Assembly: GCA_963826785.1 (NCBI GenBank)
Contig: CAWGYD010000004.1
Coordinates: 128,001 to 192,000 of the forward strand
From: an uncultured delta proteobacterium
GTDB taxonomy: Bacteria; Desulfobacterota; Desulfobacteria; Desulfobacterales; Desulfosalsimonadaceae
Reading direction: 5' to 3'
Length of the DNA: 64,000 nt
Shown in pieces: positions 10,181 through 21,651 of this stretch (position 1 is its first letter; every line of letters starts with the position of its first letter). The notes beneath the pieces are model-generated. The model was not told the origin of the DNA, did not search any database, and saw only the letters and a list, made by a program, of their open reading frames with translations. A program made the translations under genes and the position numbers.

Positions 10181-10267
10181 TCCCCCCTTTTGAAAAGGGG
10201 GGCGGGGGGGATTTCTCCCGGGAGGCGCCAAATCCCCCTAAATCCCCCTTTTCCAAAGGGGGACTTT
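10181..10267. repeat. Inverted doublet of CCCCCTTTT-nn-AAAGGGGG hairpins
   Basis: Two hairpins, each with an adjacent GGGGGATTT or AAATCCCCC tail, in opposite orientation. Confidence 0.75.
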
Positions 10268-10507
10268 GAATCCGGAATTCTGACTGGAGTAATTCCGGAT
10301 AACTAGATTTGTTTTTACCGTTTGCCGAGTCAACTTATTTCAGAAGCGCCTGATTCTGTTTGCGCGGCGTTTTTGCAGAAAGGAACTTTTGCAACCTTGC
10401 CGTCAGGACACCCCCCTCTGCCCTACAAGGGGGGAATAAATCAGGAAGCTGCCTCAAACTCTCCTTGGGTGATGCCAGGGGAATTAGCGTATCCGGGAGG
10501 TTTTCTC

Positions 10508-11650
10508 ATGTACTGCATCAGGGCCGATACAGTTTATACGGGCAGGGAAGTGCTCGGAAACCACTATCTGAAGTTTGAGGGCCAGGCCATAAAGGGCATT
10601 TCAGCCCAGGCGGAAGGCGAACTGCTGGGGGAATACGCGGTGGTGACGCCGGCGTTTATCGATGCGCATAATCATATCGGCATGGTCCGCGCCGGGGAAC
10701 CCAATGCGGAGGGTGAATCCAATGACCGTCAGGATCCGGTCCTGGTGCTGGCGGATGCCCTCGACTCGCTGCAGATGGATGACGCGGCTTTAAAGGATGC
10801 CGTGGAGATGGGGGTGCTCTATTCCTGCATCGTCCCCGGCAGCGGCAACATCATCGGCGGCCGCTCCGCGGTAATCCGCAACTATGCATCCCACAGCAGC
10901 GCCGCCTTTATGGGGCGGGCCGGCATGAAGGCGGCGCTCGGGTACAACCCCATGTCCACTACCGAGTGGAAGGGCAGCCGGCCCACCACCCGCATGGGCA
11001 CCATCGCCATTTTGCGCAATCGACTCGAGGCGGTGCACCGAAAAGAAAAGCAGTTTGCGGCGGCCGATGATGAGGAAAGAAAGAAGATGGTGTTTACGGC
11101 CGAAGAAGAGGCCCTGGGTAAAATCCTGTCCGGGAAGACCGTTTTGAGAACCCATGTCCATAAGATCGATGATATCGCGGTGCTGCTTCGCCTGGTGGAC
11201 AGATATGGAATCCGGGTCACCGTTGATCATGCCATGGGGGTCAATGATCCCGGGATTTTCCGGGAGTTGAAAGCGCGCGATATTCCGGTGATTTACGGCC
11301 CCATCGACGCATTTGCCTACAAGGTGGAGCTCAAGCATGAAAACTGGCGCAACATCGCCCATCTTCTGGAATCGGGGGTCGAGTTCGGGCTGATGTCCGA
11401 CCACCCGGTGACGCCATCGCGCCAGATTCTGCTTCAGACCCGCTGGTTTATGCGCCTCGGGTATTCACGGCAGCAGGCCATCGAGCTGATTACCCGCAAA
11501 AATGCCCGTATTTTAACCATTGAGGATCGGGTGGGCACCCTGGAGACGGGAAAATGGGCCTCTTTTATCTGCTGGAACGGCGACCCCTTTGATCTGTCCT
11601 GCTATCCCGTACAAGTTTACGGGGAGGGAAAGCTGCTGTATCAGGCGTAA
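10508..11650 (+). CDS. Amidohydrolase superfamily protein
   Basis: PAFIDAHNHIG, PGSGNIIGG, SDHPV, GTLETGKWA; GGAGG RBS. Confidence 0.9.
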   Translation: MYCIRADTVYTGREVLGNHYLKFEGQAIKGISAQAEGELLGEYAVVTPAFIDAHNHIGMVRAGEPNAEGESNDRQDPVLVLADALDSLQMDDAALKDAVEMGVLYSCIVPGSGNIIGGRSAVIRNYASHSSAAFMGRAGMKAALGYNPMSTTEWKGSRPTTRMGTIAILRNRLEAVHRKEKQFAAADDEERKKMVFTAEEEALGKILSGKTVLRTHVHKIDDIAVLLRLVDRYGIRVTVDHAMGVNDPGIFRELKARDIPVIYGPIDAFAYKVELKHENWRNIAHLLESGVEFGLMSDHPVTPSRQILLQTRWFMRLGYSRQQAIELITRKNARILTIEDRVGTLETGKWASFICWNGDPFDLSCYPVQVYGEGKLLYQA

Positions 11651-11727
11651 AAATCAATTTGATCCACATTCGCGGCGTTTTTGAAGAAAGAAACTTTCAA
11701 ATCGTAACGAAACGACCGCCGCCGCCG

Positions 11728-11937
11728 GTACACCCCCCTTCGCCCCCCTCAAGGGGGGGCATTGAATTCGATCAATTCCCCCCTCAAGGGGGGACTTCTT
11801 TTTCTATCCCCCCTGCCGAGGGGAGACTCCATTTCTTATTCCCTCCTACCGAGGAAAGACTCTATTTTCTATTCCCACCTGCCGAGGGGAGACTTCTTTT
11901 TTTATTCCCCCCTGCGAGGGGGGATCAAGGGGGGTGT
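11728..11937. repeat. TIR-bounded element with six tandem 31-33-bp hairpin units
   Basis: Ends GTACACCCCCCT and AGGGGGGTGT; units start near 11742, 11775, 11806, 11838, 11871 and 11904. Confidence 0.85.
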
Positions 11938-12106
11938 TGGACCTGCGGATAACAAAAAATGAAGTCACTTAAATTAACCGGTTCGCCAAATCAAGTTCCT
12001 TAAAAGCCCAATTCCACCATACATCCAGCTATATATCCAGGCGGCAAAGAGGAGGGGACGGCGATGCGGCCACGAAGACAGGCTTGAATGCGATATGGAT
12101 ATGGAA

Positions 12107-13093
12107 TCAATAGTCGAAAGGCGGATGGATCGGGGCGAAGTGGTATCTCTGTTCGAAAATGGAGGCCACCGGCGCCAGATGCCTGCTGAGAGAAGGAATT
12201 TTCAGATCGTTTTTCTTTGATCCGGGCGTGAGAAGTTCGTCCGGTGCGGCGATTTCATTTGCACTGCTGGGTGTAAAATCGACCATATCGGTATCCACGC
12301 TGCCGATGAACAGATCACTGGAGATCTTCAAAATTTCCCGGTCGCTCCCCGAAGAAATATAGATTCGGGCCTGTTTGAGCTTCTTCTTTTTGGAACCCGT
12401 ATCCATCAGGTTCTTTACGGAAGGGGAGATGACGATCGCCTCCCGGGATCTGCCGTCGACGGTGATGGTCGTCTTCTCCACGGCGGTCAGTTCGATCAGA
12501 TAGCGGCTCTTGCCGTTAAAGGTGTCAAACTGCCGGGTCTCCCCGACTTTCCAGTCCATGGACAGGGCCAGAAAGGCTGCGGAATAGGGGTCAACGGTGA
12601 AATTGTCCGATTCGAATTCGATGGATTTTACTCTCCCTTTGTGGTCCTTGCGCACCGATTGAATCATCCCGTCCGGCCGGAAGGTCACCTCGGTTTCCTT
12701 TTTCCGTGAATTTTCCCTGGAGTGGTAGACGGAATGCTTTGGAAGCAGGGTTTCAGCTGAAATGACGGCTTCGGTGCTGTACCGGAGTTTGTAAAAAAAA
12801 TCGATGAACTTGACGGTCTGAGCGCTGGCCTTGATTTCGTAATCGGCTCCGTTTCTGATCAGTTCCAGTACCACGCTTCCGGCCGGAATACCGTTCCACG
12901 AAACCCTGTAATCGTATTTGCCCATTTTAGGAGCGAATTTCGAAATATCCGGAGTATATACCGGTGTGGTGATCTTGACCTGGTCGATGGGGATATCTTC
13001 TGCCCAGCCGAGGGTTCCGGCAAGAAAAATAACCACCAGAACGGCCGCCAGCTTAAAAACCGTATTTATTTTTCCATTGATTGCAGTTTTCAT
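12107..13093 (-). CDS. Exported DUF3108-like protein
   Basis: Signal peptide; YRVSWNGIPAG; DPYSAAF; beta-rich. Confidence 0.7.
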   Translation of the reverse strand: MKTAINGKINTVFKLAAVLVVIFLAGTLGWAEDIPIDQVKITTPVYTPDISKFAPKMGKYDYRVSWNGIPAGSVVLELIRNGADYEIKASAQTVKFIDFFYKLRYSTEAVISAETLLPKHSVYHSRENSRKKETEVTFRPDGMIQSVRKDHKGRVKSIEFESDNFTVDPYSAAFLALSMDWKVGETRQFDTFNGKSRYLIELTAVEKTTITVDGRSREAIVISPSVKNLMDTGSKKKKLKQARIYISSGSDREILKISSDLFIGSVDTDMVDFTPSSANEIAAPDELLTPGSKKNDLKIPSLSRHLAPVASIFEQRYHFAPIHPPFDY

Positions 13094-13403
13094 TTCGAAA
13101 TCTGACCTCTTGGTTTAAAATATTCCTTTTTCACATGCCGCGCAGGGGGAAATTGGCCCCGTTACCGGCGCATTTAGTTGGAAAATAGGAATATTAAGCA
13201 ACTTGTCAAGATCATATCATGTGTTTCGCCCCACACCATCCGCGCCGCGCATTTGATCTTGAAATTATTACCTAAACCATTATGTTACCCTCTTATCATG
13301 AGAAATCAAGAAAATTTACAGACGTGTGGCCGCGAAACCGTCTTCCCGTTGATTGCAGGAAAAGATGGGGGAAAGGTCTTACCGTTTAGCAGGAGAACGT
13401 ATT

Positions 13404-13829
13404 ATGGCAGATGAAACAAGTGATTTCTGGCAGCATCATTCAGACGAGTACTTGAAGATGGCCTTTCGCGCGGATCGATCCGAAATCCTGGAGAATCCGG
13501 ATGGCTACGGTAAAAATACCGGTGATTGCGGGGACACGGTGGAGATTTATTTGACCGTCGAAGAAGACCATGTCCGGTGGGTCAATTACATGACCCAGGG
13601 GTGCATCAACACCCGGGCGTGCGCCGGAACGGTGTCGCTGCTGGCCGAAGGCATAAGCGTGCCCGAAGCCTGGGAGATTAAGCCGGAGGATGTCATTTCC
13701 TATCTTAAAACCCTGCCCGAAGCATCCGAACACTGCGCCGAATTGGCCGTTGGCGCGCTCTATCGGGCACTGGCGCAGTATCGCACCCACCTTCGGGATC
13801 CCTGGAAGAAGGTTTACCGGAAAAGATAG
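13404..13829 (+). CDS. IscU/NifU N-terminal domain protein
   Basis: CGDTVEIYL, GCINTRAC, HCAELAVGAL; AGGAG RBS. Confidence 0.88.
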   Translation: MADETSDFWQHHSDEYLKMAFRADRSEILENPDGYGKNTGDCGDTVEIYLTVEEDHVRWVNYMTQGCINTRACAGTVSLLAEGISVPEAWEIKPEDVISYLKTLPEASEHCAELAVGALYRALAQYRTHLRDPWKKVYRKR

Positions 13830-13881
13830 ATCGGATCTCTTTTTCTATTACATTTCAAATAGTGATCAGGATACCGCCTTC

Positions 13882-14802
13882 ATGCACATTTTAAAGCCCC
13901 TGCCCGCAATTGCCGCCATTTACGGCATGTGGATGTTTGCATCACTTGTGGTCTATGGCCTGGGCGGATTGATTCCGGACGCAGCATTTCATCCCCTGGC
14001 CATTCCATTGATCACCCTGATTTATGTGCTGCTGGGATTTTATCTGACCGTATATTTTCTCATCCATGCCGAAAGCGCCTTTCATAAAAAGGACGCACTT
14101 CGAACCGGGTACATCATCGGGACAGCCGCCGTCGGGGTGCTGATTTACGGTGCGGCCCGGATATACCACATCTCCGGTCCCCTGATGCAGATGCTCAACA
14201 CGGCCAATCTGCTGGTACTGGCCAATCTGGTGGGTGCCTGGATCATTACACCGGTTTTGCGCATGGCCGAGCTTTCCATGCTGTGCGTGGTGGCGGCGCT
14301 GGCGGACCTGTTCAGCTTTCTGCGGGGACCCACGCGGGCAATCGCTGAAAGCATTCATACCTACTACTCCGGGGGCCTCCAAGGCCCACCGCCGGCCGGC
14401 GATTTTCTGCTCATCAAGGTCGCCGTTCCGGGAATGTATTATCTCAAGCCGATTTTCGGCGTATCCGACTGGATCATCATGGCCTTTTTATCGGCTGCGG
14501 CCGTCCGCTTCTGCATCGACGACAACCTGGCCGGAAAAAGCCTTCCGGCCATGGTTCGGGAAAAACGAATTTCATTGTATTTTCCCGTCCCGGGAGCGGC
14601 ACTGGTCATCGCCGTTTTGCTTGCCTACCGCTTCAATATCTTCATCCCCGTGCTCCCGATGGTGGCTGCAGTATTCATATCCTACCTCCTGCTGGGCTAT
14701 CCCGCCGCCAGACAGTTCACCCGTCGGGACTGGATTCTTCTGGCGGGGTTCTCTTTGGGAATGCTGGTGCTCTTGAGCGTCGGGGTAATGCTGGCCACCT
14801 GA
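13882..14802 (+). CDS. Polytopic membrane protein, possibly GxGD-like protease family
   Basis: About 9 hydrophobic segments; ADLFS...GPT, FGVSD and PVLP motifs. Confidence 0.65.
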   Translation: MHILKPLPAIAAIYGMWMFASLVVYGLGGLIPDAAFHPLAIPLITLIYVLLGFYLTVYFLIHAESAFHKKDALRTGYIIGTAAVGVLIYGAARIYHISGPLMQMLNTANLLVLANLVGAWIITPVLRMAELSMLCVVAALADLFSFLRGPTRAIAESIHTYYSGGLQGPPPAGDFLLIKVAVPGMYYLKPIFGVSDWIIMAFLSAAAVRFCIDDNLAGKSLPAMVREKRISLYFPVPGAALVIAVLLAYRFNIFIPVLPMVAAVFISYLLLGYPAARQFTRRDWILLAGFSLGMLVLLSVGVMLAT

Positions 14803-14858
14803 TCCGAAACCCGGCCTTCTATCACCCGAAACCTTGCCCTCTTGCATAGATTTGTTTT

Positions 14859-15032
14859 TCAGGAAATTTCGGCGATGCAGTCCCTCGCAGCCATGCCGCT
14901 TTTCCGGGCAACATCCCGATAGCAGGAGTGCCGCTCCCCGGATCGGCTGTCACATCTGTCCAACCGCTCCATCACCTTACTATATTCTCTATGGCAACAT
15001 CGTTTGGCTTTCTCTCTGAATTCAGAATCCAT
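14859..15032 (-). CDS. 57-aa Cys-rich hypothetical protein (below ORF-track cutoff)
   Basis: GGAGGTGA RBS before ATG; MDSEFREKAKRCCHREYSKVMERLDRCDSRSGERHSCYRDVARKSGMAARDCIAEIS. Confidence 0.6.
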   Translation of the reverse strand: MDSEFREKAKRCCHREYSKVMERLDRCDSRSGERHSCYRDVARKSGMAARDCIAEIS

Positions 15033-15257
15033 AGGATCACCTCCATTCTGCTTTTTAAGGAAAAGTATAAAAAACCATCAGGTCCATTGCTTCCTGTTTA
15101 TCTCCAAATTAAGCATGGATATATGAAAGCAAATGGGGGCAATTCGGTAAATTTTCTCCCGCGCGGAGGGGGCCTGTCCGTTGCATGAAACTTCGCTGCG
15201 AACGACACAGCCATTTCTGCAACCTGTTTTAAATGCTCCTTGATGGGCTGCGGCCGA

Positions 15258-18200
15258 GTTTCAATCCTTGTTCTTATGGATAGTTCCCGTCAATGCTATA
15301 CGGCGCTTCATCCTGGCGCCGGTAAGCTAGGGTTTCAATCCTTGTTCTTATGGATAGTTCCCGTCAATGATCGGCTATGCCGCCGTGTATATCGGTCGAA
15401 AATAGTTTCAATCCTTGTTCTTATGGATAGTTCCCGTCAATTGGCGCGACCTGCGGCCGCGGTCGATCTGCGGCTACAGTTTCAATCCTTGTTCTTATGG
15501 ATAGTTCCCGTCAATCCACTAGAGCCGACGGCCACCCGGACCGCCTGGTGTCGTTTCAATCCTTGTTCTTATGGATAGTTCCCGTCAATATGGCCAACTT
15601 CATCATCAAGCGGCGACTGGATGTGGTTTCAATCCTTGTTCTTATGGATAGTTCCCGTCAATAACCGGGCCGTCGATTTAATCGAACGAATACCTGCTGT
15701 TTCAATCCTTGTTCTTATGGATAGTTCCCGTCAATAAGTGCCCTGGAAGATCATGTGGTGGAATCCAATTGAGGTTTCAATCCTTGTTCTTATGGATAGT
15801 TCCCGTCAATAAGGATGCGATTTCTGACGGCCCACTCGGTGCCGTTCAATCTGTTCTTATGGATAGTTCCCCCCCCGATGGGTTTCAATCCTTGTTCTTA
15901 TGGATAGTTCCCGTCAATCTGCCTGCGGCTCGGGCTGCCGCGAGCTCTGATTTCAATCCTTGTTCTTATGGATAGTTCCCGTCAATGGCCGTGGAGCTGT
16001 TCGAACGCGATGTTTCAATCCTTGTTCTTATGGATAGTTCCCGTCAATGATCGGCTATGCTGCCGTGTACATGGTCGAAAATAGTTTCAATCCTTGTTCT
16101 TATGGATAGTTCCCGTCAATATGGCTCCACCTCCGGCCGGGTCATCTGCCGCTCCAGTTTCAATCCTTGTTCTTATGGATAGTTCCCGTCAATCGGATCG
16201 GCGGCCGCCCAGGAATGGCTGTTCTTTCAGTTTCAATCCTTGTTCTTATGGATAGTTCCCGTCAATGTCTTCCCGCTGCAGGTTTTCGATGGTCATCAGA
16301 TGTTTCAATCCTTGTTCTTATGGATAGTTCCCGTCAATAATACGCGGTCGAATACGCGGCCCCGAACCTGGCGTTTCAATCCTTGTTCTTATGGATAGTT
16401 CCCGTCAATATAAAATCTGGGCGGACATTTTTACCAGTTCGTCAGAGTTTCAATCCTTGTTCTTATGGATAGTTCCCGTCAATCCGGGAGTCACCCGTAC
16501 TGCAGATATTGACTGTTCCCGTTTCAATCCTTGTTCTTATGGATAGTTCCCGTCAATATGTCCAGAGTCCCAAAAGGGGCACTATCTGGATTGGGTTTCA
16601 ATCCTTGTTCTTATGGATAGTTCCCGTCAATCCGATCTGATGGCGGCTTACGGTGAACTGGTCATGGCGTTTCAATCCTTGTTCTTATGGATAGTTCCCG
16701 TCAATACGGCATGAACGCATCATACCATTATGCTGATGACAGTTTCAATCCTTGTTCTTATGGATAGTTCCCGTCAATTTTAATGCGCCTTTGGTTTTGA
16801 GTGCGCTTAAAAATGGTTTCAATCCTTGTTCTTATGGATAGTTCCCGTCAATTGTGGCAACCGGCTTGTGGCAGGCGTGGCAATTTATGTTTCAATCCTT
16901 GTTCTTATGGATAGTTCCCGTCAATTCGCATTGTCAAGCTGTGGGACAATCTCAGTACAGTTTCAATCCTTGTTCTTATGGATAGTTCCCGTCAATTTTT
17001 AACTTACTGATTATTGTTGTGTATTCAAAGGTTTCAATCCTTGTTCTTATGGATAGTTCCCGTCAATTGAATTTAACCGCTACATCGGCCCGCACCCGAT
17101 CCGGTTTCAATCCTTGTTCTTATGGATAGTTCCCGTCAATCTGGATGCCGGGGTGCTCTATTTCTTTTGTAAAATGTTTCAATCCTTGTTCTTATGGATA
17201 GTTCCCGTCAATGTGGCTCTGTGGCGATCTGACGCGGCCTTAAATTGGTTTCAATCCTTGTTCTTATGGATAGTTCCCGTCAATATGACACCCGCGGCAT
17301 CCTGCGTGCCGTCCACTGCGTGTTTCAATCCTTGTTCTTATGGATAGTTCCCGTCAATTTGCCGGTGGTTTGGCGCAGGCTGACGGTGGTGGAGTTTCAA
17401 TCCTTGTTCTTATGGATAGTTCCCGTCAATACCGTGGAGCCGGTAGGGGTCATTGGTGAGTGCCGGTTTCAATCCTTGTTCTTATGGATAGTTCCCGTCA
17501 ATCCGGTTTCAACCACAAGGAGGCGATATGCCAATTGATGTTTCAATCCTTGTTCTTATGGATAGTTCCCGTCAATTTCAATCCACTACTCGCTGTTTTC
17601 GCCACCGTTTGGTTTCAATCCTTGTTCTTATGGATAGTTCCCGTCAATGCGTGATGTTTCCGAACGATCCACCTGTTTTTCAATTGTTTCAATCCTTGTT
17701 CTTATGGATAGTTCCCGTCAATTCGAAGGTCTTCGTCTCCACAGGGCCGTACCCGGAGTTTCAATCCTTGTTCTTATGGATAGTTCCCGTCAATAAAAAC
17801 TCCAGATCGTGTGCATATTCCGCGATTGGTGTTTCAATCCTTGTTCTTATGGATAGTTCCCGTCAATACGGATTACGTTTACATTGACGAGTTGCAGAAA
17901 TGTTTCAATCCTTGTTCTTATGGATAGTTCCCGTCAATACCGATTTACCAGTATCAGCCGCATCCAGAACAACAGTTTCAATCCTTGTTCTTATGGATAG
18001 TTCCCGTCAATCCCATGTCCCGCCCATGCTCTCCCAAAACACCCCGGGTTTCAATCCTTGTTCTTATGGATAGTTCCCGTCAATGGTATATTCAATACCG
18101 CCAGCGGGGGCCACCACGCGTTTCAATCCTTGTTCTTATGGATAGTTCCCGTCAATCGGCCTCAACATCAAAATCGACGTCACCAAACTGGACAAGTTTC

Positions 18201-21200
18201 AATCCTTGTTCTTATGGATAGTTCCCGTCAATAAGTGCGACCAGGGCAGACTAAGGCAGATCGTAAGTTTCAATCCTTGTTCTTATGGATAGTTCCCGTC
18301 AATGCCGGTTTTGGGCCGACTGAAAAGCCGGTGCATGTGTTTCAATCCTTGTTCTTATGGATAGTTCCCGTCAATATCCAAAGGTGGTTCATCTCTGCCT
18401 CGCAGCCAGGTTTCAATCCTTGTTCTTATGGATAGTTCCCGTCAATATGGCGGCGAAAAAAGAGATAGCGATTCCTGACCAGTTTCAATCCTTGTTCTTA
18501 TGGATAGTTCCCGTCAATGACATGAGGCTTAAGTCATACACCCAATCCCCCGGTTGTTTCAATCCTTGTTCTTATGGATAGTTCCCGTCAATGATTGATG
18601 ACACCAAGGATGCGGACAGCGATACACCAGTTTCAATCCTTGTTCTTATGGATAGTTCCCGTCAATATTATGGCGGAGTGGTAAAATGTCGAATGAATTA
18701 CTGTTTCAATCCTTGTTCTTATGGATAGTTCCCGTCAATCAAGACACAGATTGATTCTGAGTTTGGGCTGAGGAGTTTCAATCCTTGTTCTTATGGATAG
18801 TTCCCGTCAATAATAGTCCAGGCATTGCGGGAACACGGATTATCCAAGTTTCAATCCTTGTTCTTATGGATAGTTCCCGTCAATGACCGGCTTTGGGTGC
18901 GGGAAACCCATGCGGATATGTTTCAATCCTTGTTCTTATGGATAGTTCCCGTCAATCTCGAACAAAGGAGCCCATTCGAGTCCATTAGTTTCAATCCTTG
19001 TTCTTATGGATAGTTCCCGTCAATCGGGCGGGCGCATACCGCTCACGTGCACGCGAGTTTCAATCCTTGTTCTTATGGATAGTTCCCGTCAATGAATTCT
19101 GCCGAGCATTCATGGCTAGTAAAAGTCGGGTTTCAATCCTTGTTCTTATGGATAGTTCCCGTCAATTCGTATTGGCACGTGCACAACCTTCTCAGTGTCA
19201 GTTTCAATCCTTGTTCTTATGGATAGTTCCCGTCAATTCATATGGCCGGTACTAGAATAGCGGCAATTTTAGTTTCAATCCTTGTTCTTATGGATAGTTC
19301 CCGTCAATTAGTGTAGAATTCCGTTCAGCTCCGGTGTTCAGTGTGGTTTCAATCCTTGTTCTTATGGATAGTTCCCGTCAATACGGACAGGTAAGGCCTG
19401 GGAGATCTGGACGACATTTATTGTTTCAATCCTTGTTCTTATGGATAGTTCCCGTCAATATGTCGGTGTTGGCGTAGTCATCGATATCTGGTTTCAATCC
19501 TTGTTCTTATGGATAGTTCCCGTCAATCCAATGTGGGCTATGTATAATGCGGCACCGTTGTTTCAATCCTTGTTCTTATGGATAGTTCCCGTCAATCGCC
19601 CAGGCACATTGATCACCAAGTCGAATACCGTGTTTCAATCCTTGTTCTTATGGATAGTTCCCGTCAATACTTAAGCACCGTCGCAGATGACGGCCTGTAT
19701 CATTGTTTCAATCCTTGTTCTTATGGATAGTTCCCGTCAATCAGGATTTCGGTTTCAATCCTTGTTCTTATGGATAGTTCCCGTCAATCACATTCCACCG
19801 TCTATGAAGCCGAACATTGTGTTTCAATCCTTGTTCTTATGGATAGTTCCCGTCAATGATACCGATTGCGATCTGAGGCGCAATGGGTTTCAATCCTTGT
19901 TCTTATGGATAGTTCCCGTCAATGCGGTTTCAGGACCACCAGCTCTGTTTCAATCCTTGTTCTTATGGATAGTTCCCGTCAATATGCGATGAACGATTGC
20001 CACGTGTTGCCACTCAACAGGTTTCAATCCTTGTTCTTATGGATAGTTCCCGTCAATCACAGACCGTGGAAGTGGCGGCGATCGCAAATCTACTGTTTCA
20101 ATCCTTGTTCTTATGGATAGTTCCCGTCAATAAACTGTCGGGCAACTAAGAATCCGGTATTGGAGTTTCAATCCTTGTTCTTATGGATAGTTCCCGTCAA
20201 TATAGTCACGCGTATGACCCATCACGGTAGTGCGCGACGTTTCAATCCTTGTTCTTATGGATAGTTCCCGTCAATTGGCGCGGTCCGTGAAATTCTATGT
20301 CGCGGCGTACATGAGTTTCAATCCTTGTTCTTATGGATAGTTCCCGTCAATATAATGTTTCAGGATAGTGTTTCAGCTCGATTGTGGTTTCAATCCTTGT
20401 TCTTATGGATAGTTCCCGTCAATCAACCGACTACCTGATATCAGCGGCCGCGTATAAGTTTCAATCCTTGTTCTTATGGATAGTTCCCGTCAATCATGGG
20501 CTTCATGCCGAGATGCCCGCATTGCAGTGACCGTGTTTCAATCCTTGTTCTTATGGATAGTTCCCGTCAATTGACGGAGGCGCCGAATCATTGCGCATAA
20601 TATGATGTTTCAATCCTTGTTCTTATGGATAGTTCCCGTCAATTAAGTTGCCATCTTAGTCTCGTTATCCGAATCAAGTTTCAATCCTTGTTCTTATGGA
20701 TAGTTCCCGTCAATCCAATGTCGCCAGCTCGATCGCACTTGGTTTCAATCCTTGTTCTTATGGATAGTTCCCGTCAATCCTTACCCTGTTTCGAGCAAGC
20801 TCCGTTTCCTGGTTTCAATCCTTGTTCTTATGGATAGTTCCCGTCAATGCCATCGATCGGAGATACCAGTCGGCACTACATCAATGTTTCAATCCTTGTT
20901 CTTATGGATAGTTCCCGTCAATAGCTGGCATCTGGGCTCGCAAATGGATCAACTTCATGGTTTCAATCCTTGTTCTTATGGATAGTTCCCGTCAATGATC
21001 ATCGGACATGGTCGACATGTGACTGGACATCGGGTTTCAATCCTTGTTCTTATGGATAGTTCCCGTCAATTGAATCTGACAGCCGCATCAACAGATCCGC
21101 ATCAACGGTTTCAATCCTTGTTCTTATGGATAGTTCCCGTCAATCGGGCTCGGCATGACTCCAGAGCTATGTCGCTACCATGTTTCAATCCTTGTTCTTA

Positions 21201-21651
21201 TGGATAGTTCCCGTCAATCTGAGAATCACGATGCGACGACTGCTGGAGGCATTCGGTTTCAATCCTTGTTCTTATGGATAGTTCCCGTCAATCCGTAATT
21301 CTGTGCCCATATGCCGTTCATTGGTGTTTCAATCCTTGTTCTTATGGATAGTTCCCGTCAATTCGATCGCGTCTGCCGGATGACATCAGCAGGTCAGTTT
21401 CAATCCTTGTTCTTATGGATAGTTCCCGTCAATCGGTGCGTCGGCAATTCACGGCGTCACCAGCACCGTGTTTCAATCCTTGTTCTTATGGATAGTTCCC
21501 GTCAATTTGATTGCATCGGCATGCAGAACTGTTATGCCATTCGGTTTCAATCCTTGTTCTTATGGATAGTTCCCGTCAATTAGTGAGACTGCCCAGTCAA
21601 TTGACCTCTTATATGTTTCAATCCTTGTTCTTATGGATAGTTCCCGTCAAT
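15258..21651 (-). CRISPR. CRISPR array, about 90 repeats and 89 spacers; repeat ATTGACGGGAACTATCCATAAGAACAAGGATTGAAAC (37 nt)
   Basis: Near-identical repeats, spacers mostly 34-37 nt; ATTGAAAC 3' end and an AT-rich leader at the high-coordinate end set the orientation. Confidence 0.99.

Noticed and set aside
10038..11962. ORFs with PPFxKGG or SPLEGG peptides, and the N-terminal extensions at 2529 and 10322
   Set aside because: Translations of the palindromic repeats; better RBS-supported starts lie downstream
17068..21107. Resemblance between the spacers at 17068 and 21071
   Set aside because: Only short scattered matches, compatible with chance
15240..21583. Many short ORFs containing FQSLFLWIVPVN or VSILVLMDSSRQ
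   Set aside because: They are translations of the CRISPR repeat
15258..21651. Self-targeting spacers
   Set aside because: No convincing match to this window seen by eye; the comparison was not exhaustive and needs BLASTn
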